A stretch of DNA of 64,000 nt, from contig OZ024741.1 of the NCBI GenBank assembly GCA_964016885.1, positions 168,268,001-168,332,000 of the forward strand, read 5' to 3'. A program made the translations under genes and the position numbers. The notes under the pieces were generated by a model, which was given only the letters and a program-made list of their open reading frames with translations, had not been told where the DNA came from and searched no databases. Within the stretch, counting starts at the first letter, position 1; the number at the start of each line of letters is the position of its first letter. Positions 40,979 to 55,400 of this stretch are shown here, piece by piece. The DNA is from Eledone cirrhosa (lineage: Eukaryota).

Positions 40979-41157
40979 TATTTCTACTTTTGGCACAAGG
41001 CCAGCAATTACCCAGTGTATTACTGGTACTTTATTTTATCGACCCCGTCAGGATGAAAGGCGAAGTTAACCTCAGCGGGATTTGAACTCAGATCGTAAAG
41101 GGACGTAACTACGCTGGAAAGCATGTCTGACTCTCTACCAATACTGCCAATTCACCG
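40979..41157 (-). mobile_element. SINE family 2 with 10-bp TSD AGGAGATAAT
   Basis: TSD at 40969-40978 and 41158-41167. Confidence 0.85.
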
Positions 41158-41554
41158 AGGAGATAATAATACAAAATTTAGTACAGCATCATCGAAGCTC
41201 TGGTTATATATATATATATATAAATCAGTTTAAATCTCTGTGTAAAGCTGGTAAGCTATGACAGACTGAAAATGGTATCTAATTAAGAAATGAGAGAGAG
41301 AGCACGATAAACAAAAATAAGAAAACTGGAAAATATAGAACAGACATAGAGCAGTTAAATATTTCTGTTGAATACTTGACAATATATTGCACCTCTGGCC
41401 ATGGTAGCTTTTCTGAGACCTGCTGTGGTATGTAATTGAGTGAGTATGTCTCTCCTGCCATTTTTTTTACTGCCTGTTGAGATTTTCTTTTTTTTTCTGT
41501 CATTACTTTCATCTTTTGATAATTTATGTAAATAAATTATTATTATTATTACAA

Positions 41555-42005
41555 AGGGCGGTGGAATGGCAGAATCAATAGAGCATTGGACAACATGCTT
41601 CACAGCACAGAGTTTCGTCCCTTTACGTTCTGAGTTCAAATCATGCCTAGGTCTAATTTGCCTTTCATCATTACAGGGTCAATAATATAGAGTACCAGTG
41701 GTGTACTAGGGTCAATTTAATCAACTTCCCCTCTCCTTCAAATTGTTGGCCTTGTGTCTAATGTAGAAACAATTATTTTAAAGGGCAGTGGACTCTGCAG
41801 AATCGATAGAGCGTTGAACAACATGCTTCACAGCGTAGATTTTCGGCCCTTTACTTTCTGAGTTCAAATTCCGCTGAGGTTAGCTTTGCCTTTCATGATT
41901 ACAGGGTCGATAAAATAAAGTACCAGTAGTGTACTGGGTCGATTTAATCGACTTCCCCTCCCGTTCAAATTGCTGGCCTTGTGCCTATAGTAAAAACAAT
42001 TATTA
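41555..42005 (+). mobile_element. Two tandem SINE family 2 copies (long-tail variant)
   Basis: GAGTTCAAAT B box and core present twice. Confidence 0.8.
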
Positions 42006-42197
42006 TAAATATCCTCTTTCTCAGACTGGTAGTTTTTACAAAAAATAATGGTTTGTGCAGAACAAATTTAACAGATTAAGTGTGGGACATCTGTTAGTTA
42101 TAATAATGAGTGTTTGGCTTGTTTGATCAACGGAACTGTATGCTTGTGAAATTAAGGTGCAAGTGGCTGGGCATTCCACACACACATGCACTCTTAA

Positions 42198-42597
42198 CCC
42201 TTTATCATTTATATTACTCTATATTTACTATTGTATTTTCGTGGTAAAGGCTTTACCTCACATAATTATCTCACATAATATCAAATCTATGAGATTTTGA
42301 TATTATTTCGGTGGATTAGTAGTATCGGTAGAGGGTCGGATGCCATGCTTTACAGCATAGAGTTGTGATCTGAGTTCAAATCCTGCTGAAGTTAACTTTG
42401 CCTTTCATCCTTACGGGGTCGATAAAATAAAGTACCAGTAATACTCTGGGGAAATTGCTGGCCTTGTGCCAAAAGTAAAAACAATTTATTTTGAAAATAA
42501 TACCTGAATATAAGTATGAGCGGCCAGTTACAGTCAATTTGAACAGAAAGAGGTGAGAGAATGCTGGCCAGATGCAGCTGGTTTAAATGCTAAAGGG
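42198..42597. mobile_element. piggyBac-type non-autonomous element with nested SINE (42310-42490)
   Basis: TTAA|CCCTTTATCATTTA ... TAAATGCTAAAGGG|TTAA. Confidence 0.75.
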
Positions 42598-42674
42598 TTA
42601 ATGTAGTTCTCAGTGAGATTCAGCATGATGTATGATACTGTGTGTGATATTGCTGGCCTTTTGAATTACAGATA

Positions 42675-42828
42675 TACCATACTTCCCGGTGCTGAAGATG
42701 CACCCTAATTTTGACAACCAAAAATTTGAAAAAAGATAATAAACAACCTTCGGCCTCCAGAATGCATGGTAGATTTTTGAGATTTACTTTAGGAAAAAAG
42801 TAGCGTCTTTGATGCCTGGAAATACAGG
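42675..42828. mobile_element. pogo/Tigger-type MITE, decayed
   Basis: TACCATACTTCCCGG..AAGATGC vs GCGTCTT..CCTGGAAATACAGG termini. Confidence 0.5.
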
Positions 42829-43563
42829 AACTCATTTTTCTCCTGCCAAGTGGATTGAAGCAATGTGAAATAAAACATCTTGCTTAAGGATGCAACACAC
42901 TACTTCATCTGGAGTCGAACTCACAATTTTAAAATCATGAGCTGAACACCTCTAACCACTAAGCCATGTACTTTCACACAAATTAAGTGATTTTCTATAG
43001 AAAAAATCCACAAAACTTCCTTATGTGTTGAACCTATAAATATACAATTATGTAAAAACTGATGAATAAATATTATGATATTTTTAGGAAATTCTGAAGA
43101 AGTGGATTTATCTCTGGCTGTTTGTTTATAATTGAGGATATAAATAAATATATAATTAGACATATGCCAGTTATCTACACATTTAGCTAAGTGATCATTG
43201 GTATTTTGTATATATATATAGTAAAATTTTGAAGATTATATTATTCCTATATTTTCAATTTAGTGATATTTGGGTTAAATCTAGTATAGGTCAACTATAA
43301 ATCAGTTCTTGGTTAATGTTATGTGTGTAGTGTGTATGTTTGTGTGTGTGTATTGTGTTAGTGTCTGTCTGTGTATGATGTGGGCCACATACATACATGC
43401 ATATATATATATATATATGCAGATACATAACTTAATACAATAATACATAGAATACACACACACTCACAAATATATACACATATGTCTACAGATATATGTG
43501 TGTGCATGAGTATGTTTATATATTAATATGCATAGGTATACACACACTCACATAATATACATA

Positions 43564-44450
43564 TGAGGTTTGTCAGAAAGTAACAGGACTTTGTGTGCTG
43601 TGTGTGATATGAGTTAGGTAGGGATTAGTGGGTTCTGTTATCATATGACATAATATCCAGGGAGTATATAACTGCAATCTCAGCTTGCTGCACTCATTGT
43701 ATGTTCTTTCATGTGATTTTGTTAACAGCCCCTCAAATTTAGGCCATCAAGAAATGGGCACCAAGCAACAAACCAACCTGAAGATTTAGTCTGGCTGGGG
43801 TAAACTTCTTCAGAAGCACTCAGAATATGGCAGCAAGTGTACAGAGATGAGACTGTCACTCTCATGGGTTTTCGAGTGGCACAAAAAATTCAAAGAGGGA
43901 TGCTCGGACATGAAAGATGACCCCAGCTGTGGAAGGCATTCAACGAGTATGACTCAGGCCAACATTGAGCACATGAAGCAAGTGGTGTGTGGCAATCATT
44001 CGATGACTGTTCAACTGATCATGAGTGAGCTGGGCATAAACTGTGACAGTGTTTGGTAGATTATCACCAAAGAATTTGGCATGGAAAGATCTGTGTGAAG
44101 TTGGTGTCAATGCTGCTGAATGATAACCAGATAGAATAGCACATGAAAGTATGTCAAGACATCCTCAAACATCTTGAAACCAAACAGACTTGCTGGGGAG
44201 AGTCATCGCTGGTGATGAGTCATAGGGACCCATTTTCCAGACATAGAAGCCATCAAAAGGCTGTGATGGCAGAGCTGCAGAGTATCCCAGGAGAATCCTT
44301 CCAGGAGTGCATGGAGATATGGCAGAAAAGAATGAGAAAGTACATTAGACTCAAAGGGAATTATTTTGAAGGGGAAAACTTGTAGTTTGTAGTTTAAATT
44401 TGAAATATTATTTTGCAACCCCAGTTCTGTCTTTTTTCTGATATACCTCT
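43564..44450 (+). mobile_element. mariner transposon, internally deleted pseudogene
   Basis: VFEWHKKFKEG..DDPSCGRHST and C-terminal KGNYFEG; imperfect TIRs flanked by TA. Confidence 0.8.
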
Positions 44451-45425
44451 TATATGTATACATGTTGTTGGACCTTCTTCAGTATTCCAGTTGTTTGAAC
44501 ACCAGAACAGCCTGCTCGTGAAATTACTGTTTAAGTCATTGAGAATTCCACAGTCATGTGCACCCATAACATAGTTTCCAAAGGAATTCAGAATGATACA
44601 GTGTGTGACAAGGCTGGCCATTTGTATTACAGGTATGGATCAATGTGTTTCAGCTAAGTGGACTGGAGCAACATAAAGAGTCTTACTGAAGGACACAACA
44701 CCTCACCAAGTATCAAACACATTACCTTACATTTGGGAGCAACACACCCTAACCACTAAGCCTAATCAATAAATGTATACATACAAACCTAGATGTATAT
44801 TTATGTATATATGTCCCTTCTAGCATACAAACATACACTTATATATTTGTATATATGTATTTGTTTCTTCCCCACACAAACACACTTGTTAGCAGCATCC
44901 TCAGTCTTCCTTACAACTCCTCTCTTGGAATACAGATGTGGCTATATAAAGAAGAGCATCAGTAACTCATACATATAAAACTCCCATTTCTATGACACGA
45001 ATATTGTCTAAGAGGAAAGCAAATCTTGATACCGCTTTATAGCAGTGTTGTTGCAGGCATACATATCAGAAATTAAAGAGCTGAAGCAGATTCTGTAAAC
45101 TATTTGTCTGCTGCTCAAACAAGTCCACTAATCCATGATCCCATCCCATGAATTGTAATGTTATATATCAACCCTGAAATATATAAGAAACAAGGCAGTG
45201 AAAAAGGCAAATCATAAGGGATTGGGATTAAATGCCTCCCAGAATCTGTTCTAAAAGAATGAAAGATTAAATTGACCTCAGTGAGATTTGAATTCAGATT
45301 TGAATTTGAATTCAGAGCTGAAGCAAATTCTACAAAGTATTATGTTATGCTTTATCAACACTATCAATTTATATTCTCTCTCCATCTCTCATATATATTT
45401 ATATATATATAAATATCATTATTAT

Positions 45426-46120
45426 GGTGAATTGGCAGTATCAGTAGAGGGTTGGACGCCATGCTTTCCAGCATACTTACGTCCCTTTACGATCTGAGTT
45501 CAAATCCCGCCGAGGTTAACTTTGCCTTTCATCCTTACGGGGGTCGATAAAATAAAGTACCAGTAATGTACTGGGTAATTGCTGGCCTTGTGCCAAAAGT
45601 AGAAACAATTATTAGGATGGTGGATTATCAGTATTGGTAAAGTGTCAGAAACCTTCACATTATGAGTTCAAATACCGCCAAGGTTAGCTTTGCTTGTCAT
45701 CCTTACGGGGTCGATAAAATAAAGCACCAGTAATGCACTGAGGTCGATATAATCGACTTTCCCTTCCCTTTCAAATTGCTGGCCTTGTGCCTAAAGTAGA
45801 AACAATTATCATATTCTACATACAGCTGACACAATGGGACATTCCCTTCATCAGCTCTCAACCAAATATCTCAGTTATTTCAGTACTTTCTGACAGTGCC
45901 ACACTCTGAAGCATTGATCCTACCCATGTAGCACTATATTGGCAGTATCGGTAGAGAGTTGGACGCCATGCTTTCCAGCAAAGAGTTACATCCCTTTACG
46001 GTCTGAGTTCAAATCCCACCAAGGTTAACTTTTCCTTTCATCCTTACGAGGTCGATAAAATAAAGTACCAGTAATGTACTGAGTAATTTGCTGGCCTTGT
46101 GCCAAAAGTAGAAACAATTA
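45426..46120 (+). mobile_element. Three SINE family 2 copies (45426-45612, 45617-45810, 45939-46120)
   Basis: Repeated head, core and tail. Confidence 0.85.
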
Positions 46121-46391
46121 TTTTCCTATTTATCCATGCAATTATCAACAGCAACAAGATGCTGTTTTAACCATTCCAATCATTCAAGCATTATGATGTT
46201 TTCTCCTTGCTGAAGGGTTGCTCCTATGCCCTCAGTGCTAGTCTTTCATTTAGATACTTTTACCATATCCATGAAGCTTCTTCCACATCTCTCTCCAGTT
46301 ATTGAAACTACTCTCCTTTCCAAGTCAGATGCAAGGTAGGACCTAGTGCATCTAACTATATAAATACACACGCATATATATATATATATGT

Positions 46392-49300
46392 ATGTTGTTC
46401 TGATTTTATAATTTCACAAATTTTTTCCCAATAAAAAGAGAGTCGGTTTCTAACATAGACTCAAGACTCTCTCATTGGAATTTACACAACATCAACTAGG
46501 TAGATTATGTATGCATGCATGTGTAGATATGGATGTTATTGTATGTGTAGATATGGATGTTATTGTATGTGTGGATGTGGATGTTTTGAGTTGTATGTGT
46601 GCATGTGTATATGCTTTGCATCTGTACATGTGTATATGCAGTTATTAGATGCAAAATTTTGGGAATGTTTTACATATTTTTACTGTTCCATTAATCGATT
46701 GTACTTGTAATTTCCTAACTAGTTGTGTTCTTTCTGTTCCTGTGAAGCCTAGCTTCTCAAGATTCGTATTGAGGCAGTAACTAACATACCCCAGTGCCCC
46801 AATAATCACAGGCATAAATCTGAAGGTATAATCAGGGTGGAGTATCTGCAGATTTCTCATCAGTTCTGCATAAATATTCTCCTTTTTGCTAATCTTTGAT
46901 ATTATATTGGCATCTGCTGGGCAGCTAATTTCCACTACTGTGCATGCTTTCTTCTCCCTGTCCCATATCATAATATCTGGTCTGTTATGCCTGCATTTTA
47001 TTGGGGTTTTTACTGGAACATTCCACCAGTACTCTTTCATATTATGTACATGGATGTCTTCCACATTGCTGTAGCTTTTAATGTGTTTATTATCGGGGCT
47101 ATCTTTTTTACGAACTGCGTTGTACAGTGTTTTGGCCACTACATCATGCCTCATAGGTAGATAGTACCACAATGACATCTTTCGACAGTTGCTGATGACA
47201 TGGGTGATATCCTCGATGTTAGTTCTGCAGAATCTGCACTTGTTATCACATCTAGGTGTTTTGCCTGCATCCCTATCTCTTTTGTGAATCAGGTATTTCG
47301 TGTTAATCTCCTGTTCTTGGATTGCAAAAGCGTATCCTTCAAAGTGGGAGCCAATATAGCAGTTGTTGGTCCAAGATAGACTACTTCGCTTATCTATATT
47401 ACACTCACTCTGGAGCTTCCTGGCAACATATCCATGAATGACTTTTTGCTGATAGGCATGCAGTTTTTCATCCATGGATTCACTGCGATACTGCTGAGCG
47501 ACATCCCTGGGTGTGAGTTTTTGATTATCACACAGGGAATATCTCTCGAGAAGTTCCTTCCCAACTCTCATGATCTTATCTGTTTCATGCAGATAGACTT
47601 GCTCGAGAAACGGGCTCCTACGCTTCGAGGTTTGTAGATGTTGGAGAGATATGATGTGACATTCAAATGTTGTCTGGACTGATGTTAGGCCTCTGCCTCC
47701 CTGTTCATGTTAAGTAAAGGTGATCTATGTCACTGTTGATGTGGAAGTTTCCGGTGTTGTTTAGTATTTTTCGAGTTCCAACATCAACTGCTCGGATTTC
47801 GTCTATCGTCCAATTGAGTATTCCAAACGTTGGTGTTAGGACAGGCACAGGAAACACATTGTGAGCCACTGTTTTGTTTTGCACAGAGAGTTCCAATGAC
47901 CAGATCTTTCTTAATCGGGTGTAGTATTCCCTGGTTACGCGTTCTTTATTACAGATACCATTATAGGTTATGTTATCATCTATCCCCAGGTATCTGTAGC
48001 AGTCCTCATCAGATATCGGTGAAACAGTTAGGCCATTGATGACAATGTTGCTAGATTGGGTTGTTTTCCCCGCTTTACAGTCATGTATGAGCATTTATCT
48101 TGGCCAAACTCCATTCCTATATCCTTTGAGAACGTTGTAACCAGGTCAAGATTTTTCTTCATCCCATCCATGTTCTTGGCATAGAGTTTCAGATCGTCCA
48201 CAAAGAAATTATGGGTTAGGTTCGTATATCTGTCCTCCTGTGAGCCAATGATGTATCCCTCACATTTCTTGAGCAGAAAGGACAAGGGGTTTAATGACAA
48301 GATGAATAATATCACAGGGAGACTGTCCCCCTGAAATATACCCTTGTAATATTTTATTTTATCAGTGAAAATAGAGTCCTCCCTCTCTGTCTTTAACCTT
48401 AGGATAGTAGCCCAAGAAAAAGACAGCCTCTCTATGGCTCTGACAATAATGTCTGGGACTTTAGCAAGTTGGAGGGCCTCTATCACCCAAGAGTGGGGAA
48501 CAGAATCGAAAGCTTTCCTGTAGTCCAGCCAGACTGTATCCATATTCCTCCTAATTTGTCGCACCTCCGACATCGCAGTTTTGTTGAGCACATCCCCAAA
48601 CCCCTTTCTTTCCAGCTGCTTGTTCATCTGAGATGATGTTATTATTTTCACAGTGATCTTGGAGGAATAGGTTCAGGCAGGCTGTATACATCTTATACAT
48701 CAGGTTCTGGCATGCAATGGGCCGGTAGTTTTTTTGCCAAGTGGATGTCTTTGTTCTTGGGGACCAGTAATATTTGTGCTAATGTCAACCATTCTGGTAT
48801 AGGTGTATCTCCCTTAAGAACTTGTTGGTAGAGGTCAGTAAGATACCTCTGATAGAATATCAGTTTTTTGTACCAGTATACATATAATTGTATATTTTTG
48901 TACAATCATGTCTCTTCCTGGTGTTTTCTTATCTTGGAGTTTTCCTATTACAGTCTCAAGGGTACCCTCACTTATTTCATATGTTTTTGTTGTAGTGTAG
49001 GAGCAATAGTTCTTTCGGATTTCTTTTAGCCACACTGCACCCAGCCCACACTGTAAAGTGAACGTGTAGGCGCCACAGTAAAAAAAGCACCCAGCACTCA
49101 CTGTAAATGAGGTTGGTATTAGGAAGGGTATCCAGCTGTAGAAATCAAGCCAGAATCAGTTCCCGACCCACCTTTGCAAGCAGTGAAAAGCGGACGTAAA
49201 ATGATGATGATGACACTGCATCTTGATTGAAATTCTTCTTTTCACACCATATTTTGCTCCAAAAGGAATCTATGTCTTTCTGGGATGGGGCCTTAGAGAC

Positions 49301-50662
49301 ACTTATTATTTTGCCCTTCATATCTCTATAGACTGATGTTTGGTTTCGTCTGAATCTTTTATTAAGCACTTTTCTCTCATCTACCTTCTTCAGGTATCAG
49401 TGTTTTTCGCTAACAGCTCTCAATTCTTGTTTGAGGGTGATCAGCTTATATTGGAAAGTTCTGGTTCTACTGTTACCAAACATCGTCTCTATTTTATTTT
49501 TCACTCTTTGTTGGCGAGGAGTGAGGTTTTTTTGTGTTTGTTTGCATGTAAGGAGCATTGTCACATATCCTATGGTTTTTCGTAGGTCAGCAATCTTTTT
49601 TTTCTATTTTAGTTATATATGATGGTATTTTTGGTGGTGTTCTGTTCTTGTTAATATCTCTGCTATCACCAAGATAATGCTTCACTGTCGTTGCTAGGGC
49701 TTGGGGTTTTTATCCATCATAAATCCCCTATTTCATCAATAACACGTAATATTTCATTATTTGTTTTTTTTATCAAACATTGTCGTTTTAATACGTTCAG
49801 CAAGAGAGATATTTATACATGAATTAATTTCTCTCTGGAAAATTTCATTGAGGGAAATTTTCAATTGTTTATACTTTTGATTATTATCATTATCGATAGT
49901 ATTTTCCACAACAGTCAAGGTAGACTCGGATGGTACACGTGGTGTCAAATTTCTTCGATTATTATTATTATCCATAGTGTTTTCCCCAGCATTCGAGGTA
50001 GACTTAGATGGTACACGTGGTGTCAAGTTTCTTTCAAGCATAGTTGTTTCAAGGCTCTGTTCGACCTGGCTGCTAGGAAGTCTAGTAGCATGGCGACCTG
50101 TAGCACGTGTTGTTGATAACATGTTTGTTGTGGGGGAACTTACAATTAATACTATTTATCTTATTCTTACATTCAACAAACGTCACTTGTTGGCGTAATT
50201 GTTTCGCTGTGAAATAATTTAGCTTTGGGTGCATTTCGTCCCAGTGTAGCTTTATTCTATTCATATAGCCAATGGAAAGATTGTTTTTTGCCATTTTAGA
50301 ACAATTAAATAAATCATTATTAAGTTCGCAACTCCAAGAGAAATGCGATTTATAATTTCGGTCTCTTCTGTAGCTACAACTGAATAAAGTTTGTTTACCT
50401 TTCTTGTTGGTTGTCTTCGATACTTCCTTAATTTTGTTGTTGTGTTCAGCCATGCTGTTTGTAGCAAATCCTTGTAAAATGAATTATCTATTTAGTCGGA
50501 TATCTCTACGAATTCGAATAAAGGGTGTCGTCAGAAGATATAGTTAGAAGAATAACCAGTTATTCAACATGACTGTAGTTGTGGCATTACTGTCGGAGAT
50601 AGTATTCTTCTTAAATTTAACAAATAGTCTCCCACGCCAACATATGCGACTGATAGCGTTGA
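46392..50662 (-). mobile_element. R4/Dong-type RLE non-LTR retrotransposon, near full length, frameshifted
   Basis: WLDYRKAFDSVPH, GIFQGDSL, FVDDLKLY; CRFC..H...C, RHD and RPD..E restriction-like endonuclease motifs. Confidence 0.88.
49040..49212 (+). mobile_element. RTE-A/SINE tail inserted in the Dong element with 8-bp TSD ACACTGCA
   Basis: TSD at 49032-49039 and 49213-49220. Confidence 0.8.
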
Positions 50663-51464
50663 CTGTATGTATGTATGTATGTATGTATATATATGTATGT
50701 GTGTGTATATATATATATCATCATCATAATCAACATTTTTGTTTAACATCTCAGTACCAAACCACCTATTTTTATGGTGGGTGGGGGAACTGGCATTGCA
50801 TGGCACCGCTATGGGAAGAGGCCAGTGGAGCCCAGTATTGGATAGCATTGATATGAGGAGCCTAATTCAACTCATAGCTAGCCATAGTTTCATGGCCCTG
50901 CATCCAATGGCACCACCATGAGAAGGGATAGGCTAGTGACTGAGCTGAACCCACCACACAGATTAACCATAGTTGAGGGGCCGATACTGGATGACGCTGC
51001 TATGTGGAAGGATAGGTACGGAATTGCAGTATGGGAGCCTGTCTCACAGTAGGAACACACACAATCACACTTGACCTACTTTTCAGCATCTCTACATTGA
51101 TGGTTGTCACAAGCTATCTCACCTATAAACACCCTCTTACAACGTCTTTTCCATAAACACTTGCTGTAGATCTCTCACATCAAAGAAAAAAAAAGGGATG
51201 ATCTCCCATAATTGTTTTTGCAACACATATACAAGTGTGAATATATCATAAGAGAGCCAAAAAGTAATATTAAAGAGACACAAAGGTACAAGGAAGGAAG
51301 AAAAAATGGTAGTTAGATGGTTAATTGAAGAACAACACAATAGTGCTATAGATATAAACAGAATTGTTTATTAGAAAAGGGGAAAGAGACACAATGGAAG
51401 CCTTCTCATTTCCATTCCTGTCAGAAATGTTCTGCCAATTGTGTTAACACTATTTTCAGTGCAG

Positions 51465-52357
51465 TGGTTAACTTTGCCTTTCGTCCTTACGGGGTCGATA
51501 AAATAAAGTACCAGTAATACACTGAGTAATTGCTGGCCTTGTGCCAAAAGTAGAAACAATTATTTTCATTGCAGTGGATTGGCAGTATCGGTAGAGGGTC
51601 GGACGTCATGCTTTGACGCATAGAATTACGGCCCTTTCCATTCTGAGTTCAAATCCCGCCGAGGTCAACTTTGCCTTTCATCCTTACAGGGTCGATAAAA
51701 TAAAGTAAATACCAGTAAATAAAGTACCAGTACTTGTGCCAAAAGTAGAAACAATTATTTTCAGTAAAGTCATCCACCTGCATCTTGCAGAGACTACAGC
51801 AAATGTCAGCAAATGTCAAAACAACCCTTGAAAGCGGTTTCTAAATTTAAAATTTAAATAAAATATCAAAGAGACAAGACCAGAACATTTTGATGGAGGG
51901 ATTTTTAATTCCTGAAATATTGAGACAAAATAGCAATAATAACTCTTTCTACTTTTGGCACAAGGCCAGCAATTATATCAGTGTATTACTGGTACTTTAT
52001 TGTATCGACCCCGTAAGGATGAAAGGCAAAGTTAACCTCGGCGGGATTTGAACTCAGACCATAAAGGGCCGTAACTCTTTGCTATAAAGCATGGCGTCCG
52101 ACCCTCTACCGATACTGCCAATCCACCGCCCTTTATATAACAATAATAATAATGATTTCGACTATAGACACAAAGCCAACAATTTGGTGGGAGAGGAAAG
52201 ACAATTATATCAACCCAGGTGCATTACCAGTGCTTCATTTTATCAACCTCGTAAGGATGAAGGCAAAGCAAAACTCAGCAGGATTTGAACTTAAGCCATA
52301 AAGGGCCATAACTATATGCTGCATATAGTATCTACTGATACTGAAAATCCACCGCCC
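51465..52357. mobile_element. Cluster of four SINE family 2 copies (two +, two -)
   Basis: Core motif at ~51475, ~51670, ~52020(-) and ~52255(-). Confidence 0.8.
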
Positions 52358-52474
52358 CAGGACTGATGTTATTTAGCCCCAGGACAGATGTTATTTAGCC
52401 CCAAAACACATGTTGTTTACACCAAGGACAGGTGCTTAGTCATCGGACTGATGATGTTTAGCCCCATGTGTACA

Positions 52475-55400
52475 CATGGACGACCATGAGGTTCCCATAA
52501 TTTAGCTGCTATTTCTAGCACACCTACGGTCCACCATTATGTATACCTTATGGCCGACCATAAGATTCCGCTTCTTTAGCTGATGTATCTACTATTTCTA
52601 GCACACTTATGGACCACAATGAGGTTCATCCTATTAAGCTGCTATTTCTAGCACACCTATGGACCTCCAAGTGGTTCCCCTATTTAGTTGCTATATCTAG
52701 CATACCTATGGACAATCATGAGGGTGCTCCTATTTAGCTGCTACTTCTAGCTCACCTACGGACCACCATGAGTTTCCCCTTGTTTAGCTGATGTATTCGG
52801 TATTTCTAGCACACCACTAGACGACTGAGGTTCCTCCTATTAAGCTTCTATTTCGAGCACACATAAGGACCACTATAAGGTTCTTGCTATTTAGCTGCTA
52901 TTTCTAGCACACCTATGGACCACCAGGTGGTTCCCCTATTTAGCTGCTATTTCTAGCATACCCATGGACCACCATGAGGTTCCTCTATTTAGCTGCTTTT
53001 TCTAGCATACATATAGACCATCAGCAGATTCTCCCTATTATCTCATTCTGTTTCCATATGTTTGCTAGAAGGTGTGCTAGAAATAGCAGCTACATCAGAT
53101 AAACAGGGAAACCTTATGGTGGTCAGTAGGTGTGCTAGAAATAGCAGCTACATCAGATAAACAGGGAAACCTTATGGTGGTCAGTAGGTGTGCTAGAAAT
53201 AGCATTTAATTAGGGAACCTCATAGTGTTCCATGGGTGTGCTAAAAAAGGCAACAAAAAAGGGGGAACCTTATAGTGGTTCATAGGTGTGCTAGAAATGG
53301 AAGCTAAATAGGGGGAAACCTCATGGTGGTCCATAGAAATAGCACCTAAATACAGGAATATTTAGGTGGTTAATAGGTATGCTAGAAACAGCAGCTACAT
53401 CAGCTAAACAGTGGGAACGTCATGGTGGTCCACAGTGGTCATAGAAATAGCTGCTAAATAGGGGTAACGTCGTGGTGGTCCGTAGGTGTGCTAAAAATAG
53501 CAACTAAATAAGGGAACCTCATGGTGGACTGTAGGTGTGCTAGAAATAGTGGACACCTCAGCTTAACAGGGGGAAACACATGGTAGTCTATAGGTGTCCT
53601 AGAAATAGCAGCTAAATAGAGGGAACCTCATGGTGGTCAATAGGTGTGCTAAAAATAGCGGCTACATCAGTTAAGCAGGGGGTATCTCATTGTGATCCAT
53701 AGGTATGCTAGTAAATAGGGGGATTCTCATGGCAGTCCATGGGTGTGCAGAAAACAGTGGCTTAAAAAGTTGAACCTTAGGGTGGTCCAAGCTATGCTAA
53801 AAATAGCAGCTAAATAGGGGAAAATTATTGTGGTCCATATGTGTTCTAGAAATATCACCTAAATAGGAGGAGTCTCTTGGTGGTCCATAGGTGTGCTAAA
53901 AATAACAGCTAAATAGGGGAACCTCATGGTGGTCCATAGGTGGGTAGAAATAGAGGCTACATCAGCCAAACAAGAGGAACTACTTGGTGGTCTAAAGGTG
54001 TGCTAGAAATAGCAGCTAAATAGGGAAAACCTTATGGTGGTCCATGTGTGTGCTAAAAATAGCAGCTAAATAATTGGATTCTCATAGGTGTGCAAGACAT
54101 AACAGCTACATCAGCTAATCGGTGGGAACCTCATGTCGGTCCATGTGTGTGCTAGAAATAGAGGCTAAATAGGGGGAACCCTATGGTGGTCCATAGGTGT
54201 GCTAGAAAAAGCAGGTAAATAAGGGTAACTTATTGAGGTCCATAAGTGTGCTAGAAATAGCAGCTCAATAGTGAGAAACTCAAGGTGGTCCATGGGTGTA
54301 CTAGAAATAGAAGCTACATCAGCTAAACAGAGGGAACCACATGGTGGTCCATAGGTGTGCTAGAGATAGCAGCTAATTAGGGGGAACCTTATGGTGGTCC
54401 AAAGGTTTGCTAGAAATAGCAGCTAAATAGAGGAAATCTTATGGTGGTCTATATTTGTCCTAGAAATAGGAGCTAAATAGAGAAATTTCATGCTGCTCCA
54501 AAGTTGTTCTAGAAATAGCAGTTACATCAGCTAAATATGGAAACTTCATGGCGGTCCATAGTATTGCTAGAAATAGCAGCTAAATAGGGGGATCCTCCTG
54601 TTGGTCCATATGTGTGCTAGAAAAGGCAGCAAAATACAGGAACCTCATGGTAGTCTATAGGTGTGTTAGAGATAGCATCTAATTAGGGGGAACGTCATAG
54701 TGGTTCAATAGGTGTGCTAAATAAGAGATACCTCATGGTCTATAGGTGTGCTAGACATAGCAGCTACATCAGCTAAACAGGCGGAATCTCATGGTGGTCC
54801 ATAGTTGTGCTAGAAATAGACTTAATCGGAGAAATCATATGGCGGTCCATAGGCGCGCTAGAAATAGCAGCTACAATAGCTAAACAGCAGGAACCTCATG
54901 GAGGTGTGCTAGAAATAGCAGCTAAATACGGGAACCTCATTGTGATCAATAGGTATGCTACAAATAACAACTAAATAGTGGGAACCTTATGGTGGTCCAT
55001 AGTGTGATCTAAATAGCAGCTAAATTGTTGGAACATCATGGGGTTCCATAGCAGCTAAATAGGGCGAACCTCATGTTGGTTTGCTAGAAATAGCAGCTAA
55101 ATAGTGGCAACTTTATGTTGGTCCTTTTATTTGCTAGAAATAGCAGCTAAGTTAGCTAAACAGGGGAAAACACATGGTGGTCAGTAGGTGTCCTAGATAT
55201 ATCAGTTAAACAGGGTGAACCTTGTGGTCGTCGGTAGGTGTGCTAGAAATCATAGCTAAATTGTGGGAACTTGATGATGGTCCATAGGTATGCAGCTACA
55301 TCAGCTTAACGTGGATCCTGTATCGGTCCACGTTAAGCTGATGTAGCTGCATACATCAGCTGCTAGAAATAGCAGCTACATCAGCTAAAGAAACAGGGCC

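Noticed and set aside
41279-41512. Host-gene exons (also 42921-43163, 51137-51340)
   Set aside because: No recognisable protein motif or consistent splice-site pair.
50590-50662. HDV-like ribozyme at the Dong 5' end (minus strand)
   Set aside because: P1/P3-like and P4-like hairpins can be drawn, but no P2 or catalytic J4/2 could be placed; needs a descriptor search.
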